A stretch of 58,484 nucleotides of DNA, filler included, from Platydemus manokwari (lineage: Eukaryota): NCBI GenBank assembly GCA_037951405.1. It is 5 parts of 5 records of this genome, joined end to end, with 100 filler letters (N's around TTAATTAATTAA, not from the genome) between each part and the next. Parts side by side here need not be neighbours in the genome. Positions count along the whole stretch, not along the records: positions 1 to 14,209 come from JBBMOY011503637.1; 4 more parts are not named here. The stretch is one strand, 5' to 3'. This document shows positions 1-12,243 of the stretch, piece by piece (the stretch's first letter is position 1; each line of letters opens with the position of its first letter). The position numbers were made by a program, and so were the translations under genes. The notes beneath the pieces were generated by a model, which ran no database searches, had not been told where the DNA came from, and saw nothing but the letters and a program-made list of their open reading frames with translations.

Positions 1-330
1 ACATCTTCATTTGGTAAAAAAGCAATTGGACAAAATGATGTAGAAAATCGGAAAGAACTTTTGGTTCACCCTAATAACAGAGATCAATTATTAGAAACAA
101 TCAAAGATTTTTCTTGAAAATTAGATGATGATTTATTAAAAGTAAGAGGTAGTAGTTGAAATATATTTGAATTAGGAAAAATAAAAACAAAATATTCTAT
201 AATAAATGTGTTATCTGAAAGTAATTATATACCTTTATCTTTTGGAAGTAATAACATAGTAAATGTTAAAAATTATGACAAGAAGATAAAGAATCGTAGA
301 ATATTAATATTTATTAATTCAAAAGAGTTT
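1..330 (+). pseudogene. Maverick/Polinton-type protein-primed DNA polymerase B N-terminal remnant (5' part)
   Basis: Frame 1 reads ...LLETIKDFS*KLDDDLLKVRGSS*NIFELGK...SESNYIPLSFGSNNIVNVKNYDKK with in-frame stops. It resembles the GSGW...YIPLP...IINIKN.DNKCF motif of metazoan Maverick pPolB N-termini. Confidence 0.5.
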
Positions 331-362
331 ACAAATATATAATATTTAAACATATATATATA

Positions 363-616
363 TATTACATAGTCCGTCTTCGGAAAAGCCTGTGTCTATG
401 TAATTCATGTATTTCGCTGGCTTTTTATTTCTGATAGACTTCTTCGTTTTCTCGATGGTGTTAATCAATTGGAAAAAATAAACCAAAAACTAATAAAAAT
501 AATCAGAACAAACAAAAATGTTTAACATTCAATGCTCGCTCTCTCGCAAACATAAATAACAACTAATATAGGAATCGGCAGTCGACTGATCGTTTTCTCG
601 CTAGTGTTTCGTAATA
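363..616 (-). repeat. 3' LTR of the Gypsy element
   Basis: 254 bp bounded by inverted hexamers TATTAC (363-368) and GTAATA (611-616). It lies directly downstream (minus strand) of a polypurine tract GAAAAAAGGAGA (617-628) and after the integrase GPF region. No second LTR is present in the window to confirm it. Confidence 0.6.
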
Positions 617-3600
617 TCTCCTTTTTTCAGTTATCATTTTTGTTGATGATGATTTACCGCTTGTTCATACATTCGACACCCGTATCAATATTCCTTCCTC
701 CATCATCATTTGCGATATTATCTTTACTTTCGATTTTCTTTACTGGATTAAAATTTCTTTGAACAATTCTTTTCGACTATAAGTCGATGCATTAATTTTC
801 TCTACAATTTTGAATGGGCCTACAAATCTTTGACCATAAGGTTTGTAAAACAGATTTTCAACCATCACTATATCACCAACTGATAATTTATGAGAATATT
901 TTCCTCGGTTATAGTACTCCACTTGCTTCACAATCTGATTCTTATTATAATTCTGTACTTTTTCAAAAAATTTTTCTATGATGATTCATAAATTCTTCCA
1001 TAGTTTTCCTTTTATATGACCTTGCCTTGTTAATAAATAGTCGAAAAGAACTTCGAATAGTGAATACTTCACTGATTTGTGAGGTGACATCGGTAATCCG
1101 TATTCAACATGTGTTATTACGAAATCCCATCATGGGTGATTCTTCAGTAATGCTATGATCATGTTTTTCATTGTCTTAAACATTCTCTCAATTAGCCCAT
1201 TTAATTGTGGATAATATGGGAAGAAAATGTTCTCTTTATTTCCATACTAACGCTTAATTCGGATATTTATGTGGATTGAAAATTTGTTACGTTGTCAGAA
1301 TAGATACATTCCGTAGCTCCAAATTTGCTTATCCACTCTTTCCATAATGCTTTGGCTACATTTTCTGCAGTGATTTGCTTTAATGAGATAAGCGATACAT
1401 ATATGGAATAATAATCTATGGTACCTAGTATAAACTAGTTTCCCTCCTTAGTTTCAGGATATTGCCCTGCAATATCGATACCAAGAATTTCGAACAGCTT
1501 ATTTGTAATTATTGATTGCAATTTAGCTCGATTTCTTTCATCAATTTCCTTAGCTGATGAGCTCTTAATACATGAATGCACATATTCCTGAAAATTCTTT
1601 CTCCAGCTTGGCCAATAAAATTCGTTTTCAACAACTCCGGTTATTTTGTCTATCTCAAAAAGTCCTAGTTTTCATGAATCATTTGAAAACACGTCCTAAT
1701 ATTACATTGAGGTGCTATATACCGATAAATTTTATTTTTCTTATAGTATAATGCATCACTCCTAACTCTCGAGTACTCCTTCTTTTACCAAATATTTTTG
1801 TAACGAGGAATTTTTGATAAATCTCCCGCTGAGAATTGCATTTATCACCAATTTCAATTCATCTTTATTCTGACCTAAAAACTTCTCTTGTTCCACTCAA
1901 CACAAAATCTTCTCATCTTCTTCGCATGATACATCGTTTATTTTCATAGTCCGCTTTTATATATTACGTCTTTTTTGAGGGTTTTGATGCTTTATAGAGC
2001 ATTTTTCACAATGTGGAAATCGTGATATTGCATCTGCATTTATGTGTTCTTTGCCTTTTCTATGTTCTATTTCCATTTCAAATATTTCTACCTCTTCTTT
2101 CCATATACAATTTCGTGATATATTTGGAGAATCCCAATTCAGTAAACATTTTAGCTTTTGTCAATATTCTTGAAGATCAGTTCTGACAATAAATTTCTTA
2201 CCATATAGGTAGTGCTTAAATTTTTTAACATATATATTAAGGATTGCAATTATTTTCTTGTTATACAATATTTACGCTGCGCTTTTGTCAATATTATTGA
2301 TGCATATGCAATCGCTCGTTTATCATCGTTTTGTATTTGATAAAGCACGGTTTCTATAACATCTGTTTGCATGCCGTTTTAGTCAATAACGAGTTCCAGA
2401 TACTTAATTTCTGTTCTTAAGAAAAAATATTTCTATGGAGTTATTTTCAACCCAGCGTCATCGATTCGATTCAAAGTCTTTCCGGGCCTTTCATTGTGTT
2501 CATTGACTGCTCTTCCAAATATCAGAATATCATCTTGGTAGATTACACAGGTTGTCCAATTTTCAGTCTTCAATACTACATTCATAAGTTTCTAAATAGT
2601 AGCAGGTTCTGAACATAATCCAAAAGGCATTTGATTAAATTGAATCTGTGCTTATCTGGTGCTGAATGCTGCTTTTTCTTTTGTTTCTTCCTCCAATTAA
2701 ACTTGATGTTATTCGTAGCCAAATCTATTGTTCAAAAATATCCGGCCCCTTGTACAGCATCGAATGTTTCTTCTGAATTTGACATCGGAGAAATTGGTCT
2801 GAACGTAGCTGCATTTAGCTTTCTATATTCTAAGCACACTCTAATGGTTCCATCCTTCTTTCTGAATAGCACTATTGGAAAATTCCATTCTGAATTACTT
2901 AGACTAATAACGTTTGATCAATGTTTATTTTGATACTTTGTTTCACTATCTTGCATTTTCCTAAATCCTCTGGACCTGTACTAAAACTATTTCTGTATTT
3001 CGATAGAACTCTCAAAATATTATTTTTATCCTCATGATTCAGTTTATCATCTAAGTTCTGTTAAATGTTTTTTAATATTTCATGTAGTCTACTTTCTCTC
3101 GTTTCGGAACATAAATTATACAACCCAACTGAATCCTCAATGCTGTCCTCGTTTATTTCATTTATCTCTTCTACCCAACCTAAATTTAATCCAGTATAAA
3201 TTTTTTGGTGCCATTGTGAATTTGCTTCAACCTTACCAAAACATATCTGTTATTTGCTTTAAGCAACAAATCGGCTATTATCAAATCCCTCTCCACTACG
3301 TTTATCTTATCTGCTACAAACACATACTCCAAAAAACGATCCAATTTTCTGCTATTTCCATCAACAACCATAGCTTTTACATCATTCGCTGATTTTACTT
3401 GTTTATTATTCTGGATTTCCGCTTCTCCTTCCGTCGCATTCGAATCCTCGAACCCAACCTGTAACAGTGTAAAAATTCTATTTGAGTTTTCGGAATAAAA
3501 GGTATCTCAATCCTTTTTATCTTAATGCAATCCTTACTTAGTACGAGCGAAATTCCAATGAAACATTTTAGAAATAGTTCTGGCACTGTATTAAAATATT

Positions 3601-4100
3601 GAAACATTTCTTCTGCGTCAGCTACTCTTAAATAAACATGTGATGAAGGTTTTATTATTGATCCATTTGCACATCTAATCCTGTTGGAAGATCTCCTCAT
3701 TTTGATTGAATCATCCTTTTTCATAAGTCTATTGACTAAATCTTCTCTGATTACATTAAGCTCAGCTCTCATGTCAAACCGTATCTTCACTTTCTCATCT
3801 TCAACTTTACAATCGACTATTGGTTTATTTTTTGCCTTTTCTAGTCTGCGATTCGTAATAACCGTATCTGCTTTTCCAACATTTGGCTTGGTTTAACTCC
3901 TTCACAAACTGTGCATGATTGTCCTCGATCGAATTGAATTAATTGTGCCTAGACTTTCTTGGCTTAACTTGTTTCCAGTTACCCATATCCCATAGATTGC
4001 AATCTTTCTCAGAAAGTGTATCTAATGTCAAGACATTGTACTCTTCTTATGTGATTTTTCTTTCTTCGGTATTTATGTATTTGACATCCTTTGAGAACAT
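363..4100 (-). mobile_element. Degenerate Ty3/Gypsy LTR retrotransposon (PR-RT-RH-IN order), 5'-truncated
   Basis: Minus-strand motifs with stops and frameshifts: protease-like IRFDMRAELNVI (~3750-3790); RT QFNQMPFGLCSEPATI* and CVIYQDDILIFG (YQDD at 2529-2540); RNase H VLYQIQNDDKRAIAYAS and HYLYGKKFIVRTD (~2180-2350); integrase LFEILGIDIAGQYPETKEGN*FILGTIDYYS (~1400-1495) and PYYPQLNGLIERMFKTMK (~1165-1225); GPF motif FVGPFKIVEKINASTY (ORF 740-931). The domain order is Gypsy-type. The 5' boundary is approximate. Confidence 0.92.
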
Positions 4101-4105
4101 TTTTA

Positions 4106-4398
4106 AATGAAATTAAAAAATTAGAAAAGAACATTAATTTCAAAATAAATGTTAATGGTATTAATGAAAATGAAAATCAACATAAAGATTATACATTATT
4201 CCAAATCTATATTTCAAAGGAAGAACAATATATTCAAGATATTAAACTTTTATATTTATAAAAAATGGTGTATCTCATTTTGCATTTATTAAGGATTTCA
4301 ATCGATTAATGAGCGGAGAATTAAATTATAATTTAAAATCTAATGAAAAAGTGAATGTTTGCGATAAATATTGTTCATGCTTTGTAAAAATAAAGTAG
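4106..4398 (+). pseudogene. Maverick/Polinton-type pPolB N-terminal remnant (continuation)
   Basis: Reads NEIKKLEKNINFKINVNGI...TLFQIYISKEEQYIQDIKLLYL/KNGVSHFAFIKDFNRLMS...VNVCDKYCSCF with one frameshift. This matches the pattern IKKFEKQNNISINVFG...PLYISK...INLL...HYCWIKNLSRL...ICDRCLHYF that follows the YIPLP/KNxDNKCF motif in these polymerases. Confidence 0.6.
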
Positions 4399-4889
4399 TT
4401 TTATTAATCTTCAAATTCGGACTTGATTCTACCTAATACTGAAATCCAATCCCAACTTCATTAATCCAATCTTCAGATCAAATCAGAATACAACATTTTA
4501 AATATTTAGATAAATAATTTCGTGGTACATTTTTACATAAAAAACATCAAAAATATGACTCAAAGTAGATTTCCTAAAACTTCTCAGTATTTGTTTATAC
4601 AAATTGGACAAGAATCGGACCTTTTTTAGATTTAATAACTCTTCATTAAATTTTGCTTACATTTTGTGTATGGTTATGTCGTAAATTTATCGATGTTCAT
4701 AAACTTCTATTTGGGAAACATTTTTTAAAATGACTTGTCCCAACAGTTCCTACATAGAGGTTTCACCGTCATTCTGAAAACTACCAGAGCTATTACAATA
4801 CACTCAAATATATCACTGATTAATAAAATTTCTCAGGTCTTCACACAAACAAAGTTACAAGCACCTACGATAGATCAGTTAGTACATTG

Positions 4890-5308
4890 ACTGGGCTTAA
4901 GTTAAGAAAAAGGGTCCTTTGACCCAATTTTAATATAATTTATTTTCCTGCACAATTTAATGAAATTTTTGCTTAAAATTGAATTTTAGATGAAAAAGTA
5001 TCATTTTAAATATAAAATAACTTATTTATTACTTTTAGAGTCGATGCGCTTCGATTGCAGTCTAGAAATAAGAGGAAATTCTTTTTTAATATATCTCTCC
5101 AGTATTTCAAAAGCTCAAATGCAATGTCTTCAAAGTCCATTATTATATTTGGTCCATCCAAAACAGCCTAAAATTTTTCTCAAGTACTTAAATAAAAAAC
5201 TCAAAATGTTATTAAAGAATTTAATTAAATAAATCATTCAGATTTTTGCAATACACTTCACAAATTAAAAAATTTATTTCAGGACCATTTTTTTTAACTT
5301 TAGCCAGT
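4890..5308 (+). mobile_element. Non-autonomous TIR DNA transposon (MITE family A), copy 1
   Basis: Imperfect TIRs ACTGGGCTTAAGTTAAGAAAAAGGGTCCT (4890-4918) and AGGACCATTTTTTTTAACTTTAGCCAGT (5281-5308). The internal sequence recurs at ~42305-42918, ~46713-46995 and ~48560-48858. Confidence 0.75.
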
Positions 5309-8300
5309 TCATTTTAAATTCTGTAATTTTGTTTCTTTGAATTCAAAATTTCAGTTTCTGTACGGGGATAAGAAGACCTAATCAATTTCTTATAAAGTAG
5401 AATGAGTCTTTTGAGTCAAAAAATAATTGATTAGAGATTTAATTGGAATAAAAATAATTGGAGAATGACAACAATCAAATCAGAGTACAATGGGATTGTA
5501 GAATAAATTGACCAGTTAGGTTTTCCAAATATTAAGCTTAGATGGAAGCAGGCTTCATACCAAATGAATATTTGATAAAGAATATAATTAATTGGATCAT
5601 TGGATGATGTTTTATGTTAGTTCTAAAATCCAGATATAATTATTCAGATTATAGAGCAAATTTAGATGGGTTGATTATTGTCAAGGAAAAATTGTTTTGT
5701 TTATTTACAAAAAAGATAATATACAAAAACATTAATAAAAATCTATCTGTTGTTTTGAATGATGAGAGTGAAAAATTATGTTTTGATTGTTTTTAAAGCT
5801 GAGAAAATTCCACAGGAATCAAATTAGTTGAATGAGATTAATGTTACTCTTAGTAAAATTGAAAAAAAAACAAGGACTGAAAATGTCATGAATATTTAAG
5901 TTTTTTTTAAAGACTGTGAAGAATAATTTACAAAACCAGAGTTAAAATCTGTAAGAACAACTATTCATTTTTTAGTACACCGTTGTGTTTATTGATTTTC
6001 ATTCACTGTTAATTAAGTCGGCTTTTATTCAAGGAAATACGATGATTGGGTAAACAAACAGATCGATTTTATTCATCGAAATATATTTTTAGATTTTACA
6101 GCTAATTGCAAATGTAAAAAACTTCGTCAGGTTTAAAAAATCTTTATCGAATCTCATTTATTATCGATTGTTTGGGAAATATGCTTTACATAATTTATTC
6201 TAAATATTTAATTGGTCCTTTTAAGTGGACACAATACCACCATAAAAATGCACAAGAATAAACAATTATATGGTTTCTAGGGCGACAATTTATGATTAAA
6301 AAGAGCATGGTATAAATCGCTAGATATAAAGATCGTACAAAGATGAAATATCTATCACGATTAAGTATCACAGCCATCAGGCATAAAGTTTGAATGATCA
6401 AATATCAACCATTTAGAGTAAAATAATGTGAAAAATCTATCAAAAATCATTATTGAAATCACCTGATTAACTTTCAAAGGGTTGACACACACGTTCTACT
6501 AGCCAATCATATGCTTACAAATTATCAATCGCTGATTGGATTTTAATAGTCAATTCTGCACATTAACAGTATACAATAACATTGGAAATAGAAGGAAATT
6601 TGTCAAGTGGTTTGTCTTCACATAGTTCTAACAAATGAAACGCAAAGCAAAAAAGTCAATAAGCTCAACAAACCCATGGAAAGGCTCGACATTCGAGAGT
6701 AATTGCATGTCTTTTATGATCAGTAATTTCTCTAGTTATTTTTTATCTTTCGAGTGAAGAGCCCATTGTGATTTATGATTTGACTTTTAAAATTTTGGTT
6801 TTTCTAAATAAGTTAGATCTACGGTTTCTATGTGCGTTTACGATCTTACTGATTTTTGGCATTCAGTTTTAGTAATTATCGTGATAACAAGGATATGTGA
6901 AAATTTCTCAATAAAATAAATTGATACAATGCCCTAGAAATTCAGTGAGCATTTAGTAAAGAAGCAACCGGATAAACAGTAATGAGAATTGAACAAAAAC
7001 AGCAAGAAATCGAGAATAATTAAAAATCTAGTTAAGGAGCGATTTTATCACATTTTTAATTTTAATTTCAAGAGAAGTTTGAATCTTATTAGTTTGACAA
7101 ATCAATTCAATAATAATTCTGTTTAATTTAAGATGGAAAATTTCGTATTTATTTAATAAAACAAAACATTCTACAACAATTTTCAAAACAAATTAATGAT
7201 GAATGTTTCTCCCGCGGAAGCCTGTTGTTTGATTATCATCAGTTATTGGACTATGTGGTCTTGGAAAATTAAAATTTATTCTTTTAAGTTGAACAAATAT
7301 TAAGGCAGATAATGGATTCAAACAAATTCTTAGCGAATTATTTTAATACGATTTAATCAATGACCTGATTCTTAAACTCGAAATTTATTGTACCAATTAT
7401 ACCAATTAGCATGATATTGGTATTATTATCGTGACAGAATTAAATTTCATTTCTTTGACTGCGATTTCATCTTTCAATGATTTATTTTATCTTTTATAAT
7501 CTCTTTCACACTTCAGGCGATGAATATTTTTGGATTTTTCGATCGGTTACAGTGTTTATGTTTTATGAAATTTCTGATAATGAAACTACTTAATAGAACA
7601 ATATTTGGATTAATTGTGCTTATGATTCAATCCACTCTACCGAGATCGTTCAGCCTTTCTGCGTTCTTCATTTGCATACTGACTCGTTGAATATGTCTGC
7701 AAAAAATAATTCCAAATTTTTCCAAACATCAAACACTGATCTCTGTATCGAACCAGTTTGCAATGTTTGTGTTTTCATTTCAGAATAGTGTAACGGAAAG
7801 GTTTCAGAGCAAAGATTCTCCAGCAAAATTTTGCCTTCGTGGTCGAAAGTATTTACAATAAGATAATGACATAATAAACACCAAAAGAATGTTTCTACCA
7901 TATATATAATTCAAAGCATGACGTCGACAGGTCATGTATAATTATAATCATGATATAGTAATAGAAAATAACTTTGGATATTAACAATATACCATTGTAT
8001 TTTATATTCATCCATTTAATAGCCACAATACTAAAACAAAGGAAAAATATTTTTATATCGATGTGAAATTGAGATGATAAATTTGAGTTTTTAAAAGGTG
8101 CTTGACGAGTTCTCAGTAATTAATATAATATTAGTTAAACTGTCGGTTAAATAGCCCCTCTTGATATTCTTATTGTATGAAAAATCCTTAATGAGATTTT
8201 TTAAATATAGTTCATTTTTTATTTACTGAATCCAATACTAATCTCAACTAGAGAGTTTAATAGAGAAAAAAAAATCTAAAATTTGTCTGAAAATAAATCT

Positions 8301-9880
8301 TTTATCAATACTTTTTCATCTGCCAACATCTGACAGAAAAATACATTGTTCATTTTATTGAGTTGTATCAGCAACACATTTGATGTTGACATCATTTTTT
8401 TTCACAACCGAGCGCGAAAATTATCGAAACTAAGAAACGTATAAAATCAATTCGTGTGTGTCTAATTTGATACAGAACTTCATCAATGATTTTATAAAGG
8501 CCAGACATGACCTAAAACGTGAAGCCTGATTCACTGATAAAGTGTATAATAAAAAAAAATTCACATCAATCTGAATGAACTGCATTGTATCATAACACAA
8601 CGTTAACTGTTAACACATTCTGGTAAATAATTCAAAGACAGTTTAGATAATTAAAGGAAATTCTTTTCAGGGAATTCTGTACGTGGTATACAAGTATGTT
8701 GTTTAAACCTAAGAGATTTATCACGGTCTATACAACCAATTAGATAAGACCTAGAATTTACTTAAAACATCATTGAATTTGAAACTATAATTGATAGATG
8801 CAAGTGATAATTTATTCATTCCTTCCATGAGCACTATGATAGCTTTCATGTTCTGTATCAACATGGCCGGACTTAACAATTGTTTAGGTTGAAAATACAA
8901 TAATATGATTGGTTAAAACCATTTTAACTTGTATGATAGATGAACCTTCATCATTCATAAGCAAAGGAGTTGGCTTCAATTATATATACACCAATAGTTG
9001 GTAAATATTGATTTTAATAACATTCTCACACTTTGCGAATAAAATAAAATGATCAAGATCAAAAGAGTCACGAAAATAAGAATAGAGAACATTTAATGTG
9101 TCAGTTAATTTGTAGATATTTATATTGATGAGATTTACTTGCCAAAGTGATTGATACCAGCTGGCGGATATTACATAACCGGAAAGCATATAATGATTAT
9201 TTCTATTTCGTACTCTTATCAAGAAATATTAGTCTCTTATCATTAGCATATTTGTTTTTATAATTTACAGTATATTTATTTATTATATTTATATCAAACC
9301 TTAAAAAACTCGATGTGATTATCTGAGATTATAAATGAATAAAAAACCATCGAAAACGAATAAAATGTCCATCCATAAGGCTAATATTTTAATGAACTTA
9401 TGAACATTCAATGGGCTTGCGAAATAAAGCCGTTTCTGAATAACTTACCGGATTACACTTCCAAATCTTCGAAATAATCCTAACGCTACAATTTTGCTTT
9501 CTGACCTTGTTACGAAGTAGTTGAGGAAATCATTTCTAAAAGAAAGTAATTTCGTTTATTTCGTTGACATTTTTACCTCCTAAAATTAAATCATTTTCGA
9601 AATTTTACCTTTTTTTAGTACTTTCTCGTGCACTAATTCCAAAAATTATATAATCATTAATTTGGGATTATCAGATAACCAGCAGATGAGCAATTATGGT
9701 GATCTTCTTATGAAAGCAATTTACTTCATTGGCGAATTATGTAATATTAGGTTAGAGAAGATATTGATTCACATTATATATCAACAAGCATAACGGATTG
9801 AAACCTCAAAATCTCTTTACCACGTCAATATTGATAGCCTCAAAGTTCAAGTACAAGGACATCTTTACATTTACTTAGAG

Positions 9881-10205
9881 CAGTGGTTCTCAACCACGAG
9901 GTCAGCAAGCATTTTCAAAGGAGTCCCCAAATTATGGCAGGTGCGCAAACCATTACATGTTAAATAAAGAGTTTGTGATGCTAATTAAATTACTTCTGTT
10001 CACAATTACCTTGATTACTACTGTTAAGTATTTTATGGGTAATGTTATTATCTGATAATCTTATCATTATAGGTGATTCATTACTTGTTGTATATAAATG
10101 AAATGTAAATGACTTATTTTTTAGTAATGTTGATTTTCTTTTGGGTCGCCAAAATCGTAAAAATGGGAAAATGAGTTGCTATAGAAAAAAGATTGAGAAC
10201 CGCTG
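9881..10205 (+). mobile_element. hAT-superfamily (Charlie/Buster-like) MITE
   Basis: TIRs CAGTGGTTCTCAACC ... GATTGAGAACCGCTG. 8-bp TSD ACTTAGAG (9873-9880) / ATTTAGAG (10206-10213) with one mismatch. No coding capacity. Confidence 0.88.
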
Positions 10206-11063
10206 ATTTAGAGTTTTACACCAAAGCAATATTCTATAACTAAATTAAACATGGAGTCACGATTTATTTAAATTCGTTTTATAGTAATGTACTTTACTGA
10301 ACAATTTGACTGCACTTTGACTCGGAGAAAGAGTGGTAATTTGATGTGTAAACTAGGTAAAGTTACCCATGACTGATTTAAGCTTATCAATCAGATGGGC
10401 CAAATAAATATATAAGACAGATTTATTACGAAACCAGAACATTATTAGTGTCATATTCTTCACTGTTATAAACGATATACACGATTCTTACTATCAATAA
10501 TATGTTTTTCTATTACCATTAGCATATTTACCAGAAACGGTAGTTTATTTATCTATCATCAACATGAAGTTTATTTTCTGTCAGTAATATATTTTACAGT
10601 TATCGGTTATATATTTTAGTAACATCTGATTTGTAATACTTGGTGTAAAATATATGAGGTTTGCAAATCAAGGTAATTATAAAAAAAACAGCAATAAAAG
10701 TTGGAAAAATAAATTAGGAATTAAAAAAAAATCTAAATATTATGATTTTATTAAAAAAAAACAATCCTACCATTTACAGGCTCTTAGACTGTGTAATGAT
10801 AGCTTGAATAATGCGAAGTTAAAGTTAAATGAACATTTCCGATATAAATATAATGTCGATACAGAAAATTAAGTTCTCCTTCTTACCATCAAGTCTACCT
10901 TCAAACCAAGTTATGTTTTGATATGTTGTGTATGTAGAGTCATTTAAAGGGAGACACTTATACGTGATTGATATTTCGAGCGAGTATAGATAGATTACTC
11001 GAAGAATGATTACAGCTAAGTCTATGGTACAATATAGACATGTAAAATGAGATATCAGTAAAA

Positions 11064-12243
11064 TCAGGAATCCATAACGGGATGGGTTGAAACTGGTTGA
11101 TGAATAGGCTGAACTATCGGAGCGTTTTTATCACAAGCAACAACGTTTTGCTTTATCAGACCTGAGGACTTCAATTGCCATTGATTATTACCAATATACA
11201 CGATTGGATGACACAATACTTTATCTTGCGATGAATTAAGCTGTTCTAAGGAATCCAACGGAAGACCTGTTGGATCGGTCTCGATGAGAGTGTGAACTTG
11301 TCCGGGCCATAGTGTCTGACCGAGACACGAGAGAGAATGATATTGCAGGAGAGCTAATTGAGCTGCTATGACTGCTTGGCCCCAATTGACTGAGCCGGCT
11401 GGATGTTGTCCCAACATCTGTTGTTGCCATAGAGATAGGATATTTTGATTAATTCCCGTTATTCCCAACGTATCCATTTTAGCAACATCCTCTTTATTGG
11501 TAGTCGATGGAGTCCTGATCTCATTCTCAATTTCATGGATATCTTCAATAATTGCTTCGGAGCTTTCTTCGCGTTTAACAATATTTTCTTCATTGACTGT
11601 TGGAACATTTTTCATAGAATCGGTGCCATTAGCCAGCTGTTCATTACAATAATGATTTGATTCTATTGATCTTTCAGACTGAGAACTCTGAAACAGAAAT
11701 ATCAATTAAATCTAACAGTACTTCATAATTATATAAAGAAATGGACAATTTACAAGAGATTCCAAATGTTTTGCATCGCCATCGTCTGTGGGACTTGTCA
11801 AAGAACTTTTTATTCCTTTGTCACGGATGATTCTATTAATCGATGAAATACTCGGTGCCGATCTTTCCGTGCAAGCACCCTCTTCAACGAGCCTCTGTCG
11901 GATTTCCCAGGCAAAGATTTGAGGATTTTTTTCTCGATATGATTTCACAAGGGCAACGATTTCTGGTGTAGTCACTTTTGGCTTCGAGCCACCAATCTGG
12001 CCTGGATTGATCGATCCCGTCCTTGAATATCTGTTGAGCAGATCAGATTAATTTAATTTCATGATAGGATTTACCGGTTCAGAATTTTGCTGACACATCC
12101 ATGGGATACTTGCAATTGTCTCGATATTTCGCAAGGTCTCACATTATCCATTGCCATGTTCAGAATTTTCAACCTCAAATCTTCCGGAAGAGGTCTACCA
12201 TTTGTGAAAACACGTCCATACTGATTAACATTTTGTCCGGCAC
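11064..12243 (-). CDS. Paxβ: Paired-box transcription factor, Pax-beta class (paired domain only); first exon not located
   Basis: Exons 12243-12075, 12030-11754 and 11687-11064, with GT-AG introns of 44 and 66 nt and consistent phases. Spliced protein: [128 protein letters not shown], then a Ser/Gln-rich tail with no homeodomain. The Pax identity is certain. The Pax-beta subclass call rests on the NQYG.FTNG and [10 protein letters not shown] residues as I recall them. Confidence 0.93.

Noticed and set aside
11236-11660. Small ORFs overlapping the Pax 3' exon
   Set aside because: Shadow ORFs.
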